Of a stretch of DNA of 64,000 nucleotides, positions 8,352 through 18,540 are shown in pieces; the stretch's first letter is position 1; the number at the start of each line of letters is the position of its first letter. Origin of the DNA: an uncultured Gemmatimonadales bacterium (GTDB lineage: Bacteria; Gemmatimonadota; Gemmatimonadetes; Longimicrobiales; RSA9); contig OY970192.1 in assembly GCA_963708135.1 (NCBI GenBank), positions 64,001-128,000 on the forward strand, read 5' to 3'. Under the pieces are notes generated by a model. The model did not search any database, had not been told where the DNA came from, and saw only the letters and a list, made by a program, of their open reading frames with translations. The position numbers were made by a program, and so were the translations under genes.

Positions 8352-9640
8352 GCAAGAGATACCTGGGGGCCGCCCTCGTCGCCTGGGGCGCGCTCGCCCT
8401 CGCCGGCGCCAGCCGCCCCGCCGCCGCGCAGACCATCGCCATCACCAACGCCAAGATCTACCCCGTCTCCGAGGCGCCCATCCAGCGCGGCTCGATCCTC
8501 ATCCGCGATGGCCGCATCGTGGCCCTCGGGGCCGAGGTCGCCGTGCCCGCCGGTGCCACCGTCATCGACGGCACGGGCAAGGTCGTCACGCCCGGCTTCA
8601 TGGACGCCGCCAGCAACATGGGCATTGTCGAGATCGGCGGCGTTTCCGAGACCAACGACACCCGCACCAGCGACAAGCGCATCACCGCCGCCTTCAATGC
8701 GGCCGACGCGCTCAACCCGAACGCCACCGAGATCGCCATCAACCGGGTCGAAGGCATCACCCGCGCGGCCGTCGAGCCGGGCAACGGCGCCTCGCTCATC
8801 GCGGGGCAGGGAATGGTGCTCGACCTCGGCACAGAGGGCGCGCCGGACATGATCGACAGGAGCCCCTCCGCCATGTACGCGACCATCGGCGAGAGCGGCG
8901 CCCGCCTCTCCGGCGGCTCCCGCGCCGCCGCCATGCTCGACCTGCGCGAGGCGTTCCAGGATGCGAAGGACTACGCCGCCCACCGGAGCGCCTTCGAGGC
9001 CCGCGACCGCCGCGACTACGCGCTCAGCCGGCTGGACCTGGACGCGCTGGTCCCCGTCGTCGAGGGCAAGCTCCCGCTCGTCATCCACGCCAACCGCGCG
9101 AGCGACATCACGGCCGCGCTCCGCCTCGCCAGGGAGTTCGGCCTCCGGATCGCCATCTCCGGCGCCCTCGAGGGCTGGATGGTCGCCGGCCAGCTCGCCA
9201 GGGACCGCGTCCCCGTGATCATCGACCCCTACGAGAACATCCCCACCTTCGAGGGCCTCGGCGCCACTCTCGAGAACGCCGCGCGCCTCGCGAAGGCCGG
9301 CGTCCACGTCGCCTTCGCCACCTTCGGCTCCGACAACTCGCGCGACGTCAAGTACGCCGCCGGCAGCGCCGTCGCCAACGGCATGCCCTACGACGCCGCG
9401 CTCCGCGCCGTCACTCTCGAGCCCGCCCGCATCTTCGGCCTCGACGACCGTTACGGCACGCTCCAGCCCGGCAAGGACGCCGACGTCGTCCTCTGGTCCG
9501 GCGACCCCTTCGAGCTCTCCACCCGCGTCGAGAAGGTCTACATCAAGGGCCGCGAGATCCCGCCCGACAACCGCCAGAAGGAGCTCCTCGACCGCTACCG
9601 CCACCTGCAACCGGGCGTGCCGCCCGAGTACCGGCACTGA
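8348..9640 (+). CDS. Secreted amidohydrolase-family protein, probably catalytically degenerate
   Basis: GTG overlaps the upstream stop (GTGA); signal peptide; TPGFMDAASN replaces the D-x-H-x-H motif; GTLQPGKDADVVLWSGDP. Confidence 0.85.
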   Translation: MSKRYLGAALVAWGALALAGASRPAAAQTIAITNAKIYPVSEAPIQRGSILIRDGRIVALGAEVAVPAGATVIDGTGKVVTPGFMDAASNMGIVEIGGVSETNDTRTSDKRITAAFNAADALNPNATEIAINRVEGITRAAVEPGNGASLIAGQGMVLDLGTEGAPDMIDRSPSAMYATIGESGARLSGGSRAAAMLDLREAFQDAKDYAAHRSAFEARDRRDYALSRLDLDALVPVVEGKLPLVIHANRASDITAALRLAREFGLRIAISGALEGWMVAGQLARDRVPVIIDPYENIPTFEGLGATLENAARLAKAGVHVAFATFGSDNSRDVKYAAGSAVANGMPYDAALRAVTLEPARIFGLDDRYGTLQPGKDADVVLWSGDPFELSTRVEKVYIKGREIPPDNRQKELLDRYRHLQPGVPPEYRH

Positions 9641-9839
9641 GCGGCTCGAAGCGCCGCGAGCTCGGTTTCGCCTTCGCTTTCGAAGCCGTTCCAGTGCCAC
9701 CCCGGCACGGGCCGAAAGCGATCGCGAAAAGCGTGAAATTTCCGAACCTTTACCCCCGTAGGGGGTAACTCTGAACGTCCCCCCGCATCGGGGGGCGTTC
9801 TGACGTTCGGTCACCGCACTTTCCTCAGGGAACCAGCCG

Positions 9840-12413
9840 ATGGCGAGCACGCCGCCCGAAGAGAGCCGCGAGAAGGTCCTGCCCCGCCTGATCGAGGACG
9901 AGATGAAGGACTCGTTCCTCGATTACTCCATGAGCGTGATCGTGCAGCGCGCGCTGCCGGACGTGCGCGACGGGCTGAAGCCCGTGCACCGGCGCATCCT
10001 GTACGCCATGAGCGAGCTGGGCCTGGGCCCCACCCGCCCCTACAAGAAGAGCGCGACGGTGGTGGGCGAGGTGCTGGGCAAGTACCACCCGCACGGCGAC
10101 ATGGCGGTCTACGACGCGCTCGTGCGCATGGTGCAGGACTTCTCGCTGCGCTACCCACTGGTGGACGGCCAGGGCAACTTCGGCTCCATCGACGGCGACA
10201 GCGCGGCGGCCTACCGCTACACCGAGACCCGCCTCACCCGCCTCGCCATGGAGCTGCTGCAGGACATCGACCGCGGCACCGTGGATTCCACGCCCAACTT
10301 CGATGACCGCCTGCAGGAGCCGACGGTCCTGCCGTCCAAGCTGCCCAACCTGCTGGTCAACGGGTCGAGCGGCATCGCGGTCGGCATGGCCACCAACATC
10401 CCGCCCCACAACCTGCGCGAGGTCGTCGCCGCCATCGTGCACCTCATCGACCATCCGGAGGCCACGGTCGATGACCTGATGACGTTCGTGAAGGGGCCCG
10501 ACTTCCCGACCGGCGGCTACATCTGCGGCCGGGACGGCATCCAGGAGGCGTACCACAGCGGGCGCGGCCGCGTGGTCATGCGCGCCCAGAGCGAGATCGA
10601 GGAGCTCGACAACGGGAAGCAGGCGATCATCGTCACCGAGATCCCGTTCATGGTCAACAAGGCCCGCACGATCGAGCAGATCGCCGAGCTCGTGCGCGAG
10701 AAGAAGATCACCGACATCTCCGATCTGCGCGACGAGTCGGACCGCGACGGCATCCGCGTCGTCATCGAGCTCAAGCGCGATGCCATCCCGCAGATCGTCC
10801 TGAACCAGCTCTTCAAGCACACTCAGCTGCAGTCCACCTTCGGCGTCATCATGCTCGCCCTCGTCAAGGGCGTGCCGAAGATCATGGACCTGCGCGAGAT
10901 GCTCCAGCACTTCATCGACCACCGCCACGAGGTGGTCGTGCGCCGCGCCGAGTACGACCTCGCGCACGCCCTGGAGCGCGAGCACATCCTCGAGGGCCTC
11001 AAGATCGCCGTCAACAACATCGACGAGGTCGTCGAGATGATCAAGGCGTCACCCGACGCCGAGACCGCGGGCAGCCGGCTGCAGGAGCGCTTCGAGCTCT
11101 CCGAGCGACAGGCGAAGGCCATCCTCGACATGCGCCTCGCCCGCCTGACCGGACTCGAGATCGAGAAGCTCGAGGCCGAGCTCGCCGAGGTGCGCGCCCT
11201 CATCGCCGATCTGCGCGACATCCTCGGCAGCCGCGAGCGCCGCTTCCGCATCATCAAGGAAGAGCTCACGCAGCTCACCGAGACGTACGGCGACGAGCGC
11301 CGCACCGCCATCCTCGGCGATGTCTCCGGCTTCACCCTCGAGGACCTGATCCCCGACGAGGAGATGGTCATCACCATCTCCCACCAGGGCTACGTCAAGC
11401 GCCTGCCGCTCGACACCTACCGCGCGCAGCGCCGCGGCGGCCGCGGCCTCACAGGGATGGAGACCAAGGACGAGGACTGGGTCGAGCACCTCTTCGTCGC
11501 CCAGACCCACGACTACCTCATGGTCTTCACCCGCAAGGGCCACTGCTACTGGCTCAAGGTGCACCAGATCCCGCAGGCCCAGCGCAACGCCCGCGGCAAG
11601 CCGATCGTGAACCTGCTCGCCCTCGGCGGCGACGAGATGATCGCTTCGGTCGTGCCCGTGCGCGAGTTCAGCGATGATCGCTTCCTCATCTTCGCCACCC
11701 GCAAGGGCACCGTGAAGAAGACCGCGCTCAGCGCCTATCGCCACGTCCGCACGGCCGGCGTCAACGCCATCAACATCGAGCCCGACGATGAGCTGATCGA
11801 CGTCCAGATCACCGACGGCGACGACGAGATCATCCTCGCTACCCGCGAGGGCATGGCCATCCGCTTCCACGAGTGGGACGCCCGGCCGATGGGCCGCGCC
11901 ACCACCGGCGTGCGCGGCATCCTGCTCGGCCCCGGCGACCACGTCATCGGCATGGTCGTCGTCCGCGCCGAGACCGCCGAGGAGGCCACCCTCCTCGTCG
12001 TCACCGAGAACGGCCGCGGCAAGCGAACCGCCGTCGGCGAGTACCGCCTCCAGCACCGCGGCGGCCGTGGCGTCATCAACCTCAAGGTCAGTCAGGCCAC
12101 GGGGAAGATCGTCGCCATCAAGGAGGTCCTGCCCGAGCACGAGCTCATGCTCATCACGCGCAACGGCATCGTGAACCGGCAGCGCGTGGCCGAGATCCGC
12201 GTCATCGGCCGCGCCACCCAGGGCGTCCGCCTCATGGCCCTCGATGACGAGGACATCGTCGTGGACGTCGCCCGGCTCGTCCTCGAGGAGGAGGCCGAGG
12301 CTGAGGTAGGGATCGAAGGCGACGCCGCCGCCGACCTCGCGCCCGCCCCTGCCGCCGGCACCCCGGACGAGACCGCCGGCGAGGAGGATTCCAGGGAAGA
12401 GGCGGAAACGTGA
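9840..12413 (+). CDS. gyrA: DNA gyrase subunit A
   Basis: [30 protein letters not shown] active-site Tyr, GyrA-box QRRGGRG, beta-pinwheel repeats, acidic tail. Confidence 0.98.
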   Translation: MASTPPEESREKVLPRLIEDEMKDSFLDYSMSVIVQRALPDVRDGLKPVHRRILYAMSELGLGPTRPYKKSATVVGEVLGKYHPHGDMAVYDALVRMVQDFSLRYPLVDGQGNFGSIDGDSAAAYRYTETRLTRLAMELLQDIDRGTVDSTPNFDDRLQEPTVLPSKLPNLLVNGSSGIAVGMATNIPPHNLREVVAAIVHLIDHPEATVDDLMTFVKGPDFPTGGYICGRDGIQEAYHSGRGRVVMRAQSEIEELDNGKQAIIVTEIPFMVNKARTIEQIAELVREKKITDISDLRDESDRDGIRVVIELKRDAIPQIVLNQLFKHTQLQSTFGVIMLALVKGVPKIMDLREMLQHFIDHRHEVVVRRAEYDLAHALEREHILEGLKIAVNNIDEVVEMIKASPDAETAGSRLQERFELSERQAKAILDMRLARLTGLEIEKLEAELAEVRALIADLRDILGSRERRFRIIKEELTQLTETYGDERRTAILGDVSGFTLEDLIPDEEMVITISHQGYVKRLPLDTYRAQRRGGRGLTGMETKDEDWVEHLFVAQTHDYLMVFTRKGHCYWLKVHQIPQAQRNARGKPIVNLLALGGDEMIASVVPVREFSDDRFLIFATRKGTVKKTALSAYRHVRTAGVNAINIEPDDELIDVQITDGDDEIILATREGMAIRFHEWDARPMGRATTGVRGILLGPGDHVIGMVVVRAETAEEATLLVVTENGRGKRTAVGEYRLQHRGGRGVINLKVSQATGKIVAIKEVLPEHELMLITRNGIVNRQRVAEIRVIGRATQGVRLMALDDEDIVVDVARLVLEEEAEAEVGIEGDAAADLAPAPAAGTPDETAGEEDSREEAET

Positions 12414-13507
12414 GCGGCGCGGGCGCGGGATGGAGTGGCGCCGCGCCGGATGAGGCCGCGGCGCCCGGCGCCGAGCCGACGCCCCCGGGCGCCGACGTCC
12501 GCGAATTCGGCGGCTTGCCGCTGGCCGAGCTGGGCTGGCTGGACGAGGACGGACTCGTCGCCTCGGACCGGATCCGCGAGGCCGCCGCCCGCCTCCGCGG
12601 CGTGATCGCCCGTACCCCGCTGCTCGGCGCCCCCTGGCTCTCCGACGCCGTCGGCGCCGAGGTCCGCCTCAAGGCCGAGTCGCTCCAGCACGCGGGAGCC
12701 TTCAAGGTGCGAGGCGCCTACAACCTCGTCGCCTCCCTTTCCGACAACGAGCGGCGGCGCGGCGTCATCACCTTCTCCAGCGGCAACCACGGCCAGGGCG
12801 TCGCACTCGCCGCCCGCCTCTTCGGCATCCCCGCCGTCGTCGTCATGCCGACCACCGCGCCCGCCGTCAAGCGTGACGGCGCCATCGCCCTCGGCGCCGA
12901 GGTCGTCTTCGAGGGCACCACCTCCCTCGAGCGGAAGCGCCGCGCCGAGGCCATCGCCGCCGAGCGCGGCCTCACCATGGTGCCCCCCTTCGACGATCCT
13001 CGCATCATCGCCGGGCAGGGCACCGTCGGCCTCGAGATCCTCGAGGACTGGCCCGAAGCCGAGCTCATCCTCGTCCCCATCGGCGGAGGTGGGCTGCTGT
13101 CCGGCATCGCCGCGTGGATCAAGCGGGCCAGGCCGCATGCCACCGTGATCGGCGTCGAGCCCGAGAACGCCTGCGCCATGCTTCGCTCCCGCCAGGCCGG
13201 CGAGCCCATCACCATCGACGCCACCCCCACCATCGCCGACGGCCTCGCCCCCGTCCGCCCCGGTGACCTCACCTTCCACCACGCGCAGCGGCTCGTGGAC
13301 GACATCGTCACCGTCTCCGATGACCAGATCCGCGCCGCCGCCGCCGCCCTCATCCGCCGCGCCAGGCTCGTCGTCGAGTTCTCCGGCGCCGCCACCGTCG
13401 CCGCCCTCCTCTCCGGTACCGTCCAACCCGCCGGCCGCCCCACCGTCGCCGTCCTCTCCGGCGGCAACCTCGAACCCAGCCTGATCCCCGAGCTGTTGGC
13501 CCTCTGA
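12410..13507 (+). CDS. PLP-dependent threonine/serine dehydratase family protein
   Basis: [36 protein letters not shown]; start uncertain. Confidence 0.9.
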   Translation: MSGAGAGWSGAAPDEAAAPGAEPTPPGADVREFGGLPLAELGWLDEDGLVASDRIREAAARLRGVIARTPLLGAPWLSDAVGAEVRLKAESLQHAGAFKVRGAYNLVASLSDNERRRGVITFSSGNHGQGVALAARLFGIPAVVVMPTTAPAVKRDGAIALGAEVVFEGTTSLERKRRAEAIAAERGLTMVPPFDDPRIIAGQGTVGLEILEDWPEAELILVPIGGGGLLSGIAAWIKRARPHATVIGVEPENACAMLRSRQAGEPITIDATPTIADGLAPVRPGDLTFHHAQRLVDDIVTVSDDQIRAAAAALIRRARLVVEFSGAATVAALLSGTVQPAGRPTVAVLSGGNLEPSLIPELLAL

Positions 13508-13634
13508 GCGTCCCTCCGGACCTGACCCCCCACGGCCCCGCCCGCTCCGGCCGATCCGGGACACTGCCGCCCCAATCCCGGACTGTGTGACGGTAATCGA
13601 TGTGAAATATTGCTTATCCAGCCGCCTGCCGCGC

Positions 13635-13650
13635 TGGCGCCGCTCTTGCT
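13635..13650 (+). promoter_or_regulatory. Putative sigma-54 (-24/-12) promoter
   Basis: TGGCGCCGCTCTTGCT = GG-N10-GC consensus, 15 bp upstream of the response regulator ATG. Confidence 0.6.
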
Positions 13651-13664
13651 TTCCGCCGCCCACC

Positions 13665-14096
13665 ATGGCGATCGCCGCTCGTACCATCTTCGTTGCCGAT
13701 GACGACGAGAGCTTCCTCTCGGGCGTCGGCCGGGCGTTGCGCGGGCGGGGCTATGCCGTGCGCACGGCGCCGGACGGCCTGCGGCTGCTCTCGCTCATGG
13801 AGATCGAGCGGCCGGACCTGCTGGTACTCGACGTGGCGATGCCCGGCATGAACGGGGTGGAGGTGCTGCGGACGATCCGGCGGGACGGCCGCTGGCCGCT
13901 GTTGCCGGTGATGATGGTGACGGCGGCGCCGGACGCCGAAGTGCACGCGGCGGTGGTGGAGGCCTCGGCGGAGCTGCTGCCGAAGCCCTTCCGCCTGGAG
14001 GAGCTGCTGGCGCGGGTCGCGGGCTCGCTCGGCGCTCCGGGACTGGCGGGGCCGGACGGCGCAGGCCAGCCGAACGGGCGGCGCCCGCCGCACTGA
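13665..14096 (+). CDS. Single-domain response regulator (CheY-like)
   Basis: VADDDE, LDVAMPGMNG, MMVTA, LPKPF. Confidence 0.88.
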   Translation: MAIAARTIFVADDDESFLSGVGRALRGRGYAVRTAPDGLRLLSLMEIERPDLLVLDVAMPGMNGVEVLRTIRRDGRWPLLPVMMVTAAPDAEVHAAVVEASAELLPKPFRLEELLARVAGSLGAPGLAGPDGAGQPNGRRPPH

Positions 14097-14217
14097 TCCG
14101 GGAGGCGGGCGGCGCCCGCCTCCCGGGACGTTCCGTCCGTGTGACGGCGAAGGGCCGGTTGGCCGGGGAGAGGGAGCGGAGCCCGGCGCCGGCCCTGTCG
14201 CGGCCCTTTCTGCGGCG

Positions 14218-14676
14218 CTATTCCTCCCGTTCGGGCCGCATCCCGAAGCGCCGCAGCCGCTCCTTCACGTCGTGCAGCACGGCGTCTCGCTTGCGGTGGG
14301 TGCGCTCGTAGTCGTAAATGCGGCGCAGCTCCTCCGCCTCGGGGTCGGCCTTCAGGATCCAGTCCAGCGCGTCGTCGGTGTCGAGGCCGTCGTACCCGAG
14401 CACCGGCTCCCGGCCTGGCGTGGCCTCGCCCGCCCGGTGCTCGGGCTCGCGGGCGAGGTCGTCGGGAAGTCCCGCCACCCGCCGCGAGGCGGCGGCCTCG
14501 CCGCCGATCTCCGCGTTCGCGCCGGCGGCGGCCGGCGGCATGTCCTCGGGGGCGACGTTGTACAGCCGTACCTCGCGCTTTCTCCCCTCGGCGGCATCGG
14601 CCGGGATCACCTGCCGCTGGCTCCGCTCCTCGGGCGTGCTTCTGTCGTCGGTTCGGCGGTCGCTTCGGTCTGCCAT
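14218..14676 (-). CDS. Hypothetical protein
   Basis: GAGGAG RBS; folded-looking C-terminal motif PVLGYDGL...ELRRIYDYERTHRKRDAVL. Confidence 0.7.
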   Translation of the reverse strand: MADRSDRRTDDRSTPEERSQRQVIPADAAEGRKREVRLYNVAPEDMPPAAAGANAEIGGEAAASRRVAGLPDDLAREPEHRAGEATPGREPVLGYDGLDTDDALDWILKADPEAEELRRIYDYERTHRKRDAVLHDVKERLRRFGMRPEREE

Positions 14677-14714
14677 GATCTCTCTCCTCGCGTGCGGATT
14701 TCACCCGAGGGGAG

Positions 14715-14730
14715 TGCAAGGCGCGCGCCG
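14715..14730 (-). promoter_or_regulatory. Putative sigma-54 promoter
   Basis: Minus strand reads CGGCGCGCGCCTTGCA (GG-N10-GC), ~40 bp upstream of the 14676 start. Confidence 0.5.
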
Positions 14731-14780
14731 GTGGCGGGCCGCTTGCCGCCGGCCGCGCCCGCCGGGTACTTTCCCCGCCC

Positions 14781-15533
14781 ATGAACCCACTCGTTGCCGT
14801 GACCTGCACCGCGCTGCCCGCGGAGGAGGATCCGTCCGCGCGCCGGCTCTCCCTGTACACGACGTACGTCGAGGTCCTCGAGCGGGAGGGGCTCGCGGCG
14901 GTGCCGCTCTCGGCTGCCCACGGAGCCGTTTCGGTGGAGGCGATCCTCGGCCGCGCCGGCGGGCTCATCCTCTCCGGCGGCGGGGATGTCGACCCCGGGC
15001 GGTACGGCGAGGCACCCGGCCCGGCGCTGGAGTGGGTCAGTGAGGCCCGCGACGCGATGGAGCTGGCTGCGCTCGACATCGCGCTCGGGCGGGGCATGCC
15101 GGTGCTCGCCATCTGTCGCGGGATCCAGGTGCTGAACGTGCTGCGCGGCGGCACGCTCTTCCAGGACCTGCCCACCGAGAGGGGAGGCGAGGTGGGCCAC
15201 GCGCAGACCGGCGGCTGGGTGGCGCGCGCGCACGGCGTCGAGATCGTGCCCGGAACGCTACTCGAGAACGCCGTCGGCGCCCGCCGCATCCAGGTCAACT
15301 CCTTCCACCACCAGGGGCTCCGGGATGTCGGCCGCGGCCTGCGCATCGCCGCCACCTCGGCCGACGGGCTCGTGGAGGCGGTGGACGACCCGGCCCACCG
15401 CTGGCTCCTCGGCGTGCAATGGCACCCCGAGCGCCAGGGGCCGGACCTGCCCGAAGGCGACGCCGACCGCCGCATCTTCGCCGCGTTCCGCCAGGCCGTC
15501 CTCGCATACGAGAGCGCCGGAGCGGCAGGATGA
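14781..15533 (+). CDS. Gamma-glutamyl-gamma-aminobutyrate hydrolase family (peptidase C26)
   Basis: LSGGGDVDP, LAICRGIQ, VNSFHHQ, GVQWHPE. Confidence 0.92.
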   Translation: MNPLVAVTCTALPAEEDPSARRLSLYTTYVEVLEREGLAAVPLSAAHGAVSVEAILGRAGGLILSGGGDVDPGRYGEAPGPALEWVSEARDAMELAALDIALGRGMPVLAICRGIQVLNVLRGGTLFQDLPTERGGEVGHAQTGGWVARAHGVEIVPGTLLENAVGARRIQVNSFHHQGLRDVGRGLRIAATSADGLVEAVDDPAHRWLLGVQWHPERQGPDLPEGDADRRIFAAFRQAVLAYESAGAAG

Positions 15534-15618
15534 GCGAACGCCCACCGGCGGACGCAGGCTGTCGGCCGGCGCTCCGGGAGGCCGCTCCAATGGCGGCATC
15601 CGCGGAGGCCGGGCGCTG

Positions 15619-16554
15619 ATGCCCGGCCTCACGGACGTCCCGGGCGTCGCCGTCGGCCACGCCACCGACGCGGAGGCGCGCACCGGCTGCACGGTGGTGC
15701 TCGGCCCGTTCCGCGCCGCCTGCGACATCCGCGGTCTGGCCACCGGGACGCGCGAGCTCGACGCCCTCTCCCCCACGCACGTCGTGCCCCGCATCCACGC
15801 CATCCTGCTGACCGGCGGGTCGGCCTTCGGCCTCCAGGCCGCCGGCGGCGTCGTGGCCTGGCTCGAGGAGCGGGGGCTCGGCTTCGAGACCGGTGCCGGA
15901 CGCGTGCCGATCGTGCCCGCCGCGGTCATCTACGATCTGGGCGTCGGGCGCGCGGACCGGCGGCCGAACGAGGCCATGGGGCGCGCCGCATGCGACGCGG
16001 CCGGCCGCGGCCCCGTCGCCGAAGGCGGAGTCGGCGCGGGCACGGGCGCCACCGTGGGAAAGGTGCTCGGGCCCGGCACGGGCGAGCCCGGCGGCGTCGG
16101 CAGCTGGGCGCTCGAGACGGGCGGCTACGCTGTCGGCGCGCTCGTCGTGGTGAACGCTTTCGGCGACGTGCTGGATGGGCGGGGCGGCATCCTGGCCGGC
16201 GCCCGGGATGCGGACGGCACGCCCGTGGACACGGCGCGCCTGCTCCGCGAGGCGGCCTTCGAGGGCGGCTGGGGAGCCTCTCCGCCCGAGCCGGGTACGA
16301 ACACCACACTGGCCGTCGTCGCGACGGACGCGCCCCTCACGCGCACCGCGCTCGAGACGCTCGCGCGCATGGCGGCCACCGCGGTGCCCCGCCGCATCTC
16401 GCCCGTGCACACGCCCTTCGACGGCGACATCACGTTCGCGCTGTCCACGGCGGACACGGAGGCGGCGCTCCCCCTGCCCCTGCTGGTCGGGCTCGGCGCC
16501 GCGGCGGCGTACGCCCTGGAGACCGCCATCGAGCGGGCGGTCGGGCGGTCCTGA
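15619..16554 (+). CDS. P1/S58 (DmpA-like) peptidase
   Basis: LTDVPGVAVGH, LLTGGSAFGL, GAGTGAT, NTTL, HTPFDGD. Confidence 0.9.
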   Translation: MPGLTDVPGVAVGHATDAEARTGCTVVLGPFRAACDIRGLATGTRELDALSPTHVVPRIHAILLTGGSAFGLQAAGGVVAWLEERGLGFETGAGRVPIVPAAVIYDLGVGRADRRPNEAMGRAACDAAGRGPVAEGGVGAGTGATVGKVLGPGTGEPGGVGSWALETGGYAVGALVVVNAFGDVLDGRGGILAGARDADGTPVDTARLLREAAFEGGWGASPPEPGTNTTLAVVATDAPLTRTALETLARMAATAVPRRISPVHTPFDGDITFALSTADTEAALPLPLLVGLGAAAAYALETAIERAVGRS

Positions 16555-16598
16555 TCCTGCACAGGTCATCCCCGACGCGAAGGAGCGCGAGAACGGCC

Positions 16599-17294
16599 AT
16601 GCGACGCCTGGTCCTCTTCGACATCGACGGCACGCTCTTGTCCACGAATGGCGCGGCGAAGCGTGCGTTCCACCGCGCGCTGCTCCAGGTCTACGGCACC
16701 GCCGGCCCGATCGCCACCCACACGTTCGACGGCAAGACCGACCCGCAGATCGCGCGCGAGCTGCTGGTCCTCGCCGGGCTGACGGATGCGGCCGTGGACG
16801 CCGGCTTCGACGTCTTCTGGCCCGCCTACCTGCGCGAGCTGGCCATCGAGCTCTCCCGCGCGGGCCACGCCACCGTGGTCTATCCCGGCGTGCGCACGCT
16901 GCTCGCCGCGCTCGCGCCGCGCGTGGACGATGCGCTGGTCGGGCTCCTCACCGGCAACATCGAGCGGGGCGCCGCCCTCAAGCTCGGCTCCGCGGGCCTC
17001 GAGACGCACTTCCGGCTGGGCGCCTACGGCTCCGACTGCGAGCGCCGCGACGGCCTGCCCGAGGTGGCCGTCGCTCGCGCGCAGGAGGCGGTGGGCCGGC
17101 TGTACGGCGGCCCCGACGTCGTCATCATCGGGGATACCCCCCACGACATCACCTGCGGCAGCGCCCTGGGCGTGCGCGCCATCGGCGTCGCCACCGGTCG
17201 CCACGGCGTCGCGGCACTGAGGGAGGCCGGCGCCCACGCCGTGGTCGCCGACCTCTCCGACACCGATGCCGTGCTCGACCTGCTGCTGAATTAG
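16599..17294 (+). CDS. HAD-family hydrolase
   Basis: LFDIDGTL, LTGN, IGDTPHD. Confidence 0.9.
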   Translation: MRRLVLFDIDGTLLSTNGAAKRAFHRALLQVYGTAGPIATHTFDGKTDPQIARELLVLAGLTDAAVDAGFDVFWPAYLRELAIELSRAGHATVVYPGVRTLLAALAPRVDDALVGLLTGNIERGAALKLGSAGLETHFRLGAYGSDCERRDGLPEVAVARAQEAVGRLYGGPDVVIIGDTPHDITCGSALGVRAIGVATGRHGVAALREAGAHAVVADLSDTDAVLDLLLN

Positions 17295-17299
17295 GTCCC

Positions 17300-18286
17300 C
17301 TAGTTCGCTCCCGCGTCCGCGTCGCTCACGCCCTGCTCGGCCGTGGGCATGTCGGCGATCGAGCCGCGCGTGTCCCGCACGCCGCTGTCCACCTGGTACT
17401 CGGCCAGCTCGTCCACGAGGCTCCGCCCCGACCGCGGGCGGTAGAAGCGGTCCGCGCGGTAGCCCGGGTGCTCCCAGCGCCGGCCGGCCCGCGTCCGCTC
17501 CGCGTACTCGCTCCGGAGCGCGTCCTCGTCCTCCCGCGCGATCGGCGCCCCGCGGTAGGGCGCGAGCCCGCCCACATCCGCCGAGGTCAGCCCGCCGACC
17601 CGCACGCGCCGCGTCCCCGGCACCAGCTCCGCGTAGCCCACGGGGATCAGCACGTGCCGGTCCTCGTGCAGGTGCAGCGCGCGCTGGTCCAGGTCGCAGT
17701 CCAGGTAGCGCACCTTCATCGCCGCGGTGTCCACGATCAGCTCGTCCACCTCCCCCACGCGCCGACCATCGGCCGCCACCACCTCCCAGCCGCGCGGATC
17801 CGGCTCGCCTTCGGCCACCTGCAGGTCCGGCAGCTGGTCCAGCGAGGCCAGGCGCCCGTCCTCCTCCGGCCGCGCCTCCCCCAGCGCCGGCCCGTCCGCG
17901 TGGTACTCCGGTCGCTCGTAATAGCCCCCGTCGCCGTAGGCAGCGTGATACGCCTCTCCCAGCCGGCGCTCGTACGCATCGTCCACTGCCGAGACGTCGC
18001 GGCCGTACGCCGGCACGCCCTGCAAGCTCTCCGGGTAGAGCCCCGGCACGCGCACGACGTCCTCCACCTGGTCCACGCGCGCCTGGCCCATCGGCATGAG
18101 CACGTGCCTCCCGGCGCCCTCGAGCTCCAGGTCGAGGTAGCGCGGCGCGCCCGTCTCGTCCACCAGCAGATCGTCCACCCGCCCCAGCCGGCGGTCGTCC
18201 GTGGTCCTGACCTCCCACTCGCGCACGTCGAACGTGCCCTCGGGGAACGAGAAGTCGTTCGTGCGTGAAACGGCGGTGTATGGCAT
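17300..18286 (-). CDS. Protein with two PRC-barrel domains
   Basis: Two copies of D(V/P)R(E/G)WEV...(L/V)G.VD.L.VD...RYLD; GGAGG RBS. Confidence 0.85.
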   Translation of the reverse strand: MPYTAVSRTNDFSFPEGTFDVREWEVRTTDDRRLGRVDDLLVDETGAPRYLDLELEGAGRHVLMPMGQARVDQVEDVVRVPGLYPESLQGVPAYGRDVSAVDDAYERRLGEAYHAAYGDGGYYERPEYHADGPALGEARPEEDGRLASLDQLPDLQVAEGEPDPRGWEVVAADGRRVGEVDELIVDTAAMKVRYLDCDLDQRALHLHEDRHVLIPVGYAELVPGTRRVRVGGLTSADVGGLAPYRGAPIAREDEDALRSEYAERTRAGRRWEHPGYRADRFYRPRSGRSLVDELAEYQVDSGVRDTRGSIADMPTAEQGVSDADAGAN

Positions 18287-18540
18287 GCGTCCTCCGATGC
18301 GGTTCGTGGCCTGGGTGCTCGGGCCGGTTCCCGTACACGCAGACCGAAGTCAGCAGTCCGTCGTTGCGACCTGCATTCTGCAGCCCGCTCCCCGGCCCCC
18401 GGATCTCTATCGCGAGCAAGTCGTATTCCGTGGATGCGACGGCGGCCCACCTTGCCGCCGGCCGCCTCCCGATCCATCTTTGAGCCGGGCCGTGCACGGT
18501 CCCGATTCCTGCAAATACCAGTTCGGCAAGGAGATATCTG

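Noticed and set aside
13585..13605. TGTGA...TGTGA as a CRP/FNR site
   Set aside because: The second half-site does not fit TGTGA-N6-TCACA; too weak to call
17300..18286. Resemblance to photosynthetic reaction centre H subunit (GEPDPRGWEVVAADG)
   Set aside because: Two soluble PRC barrels, no N-terminal TM helix and no puf/bch genes nearby; PRC barrels are common in non-phototrophs
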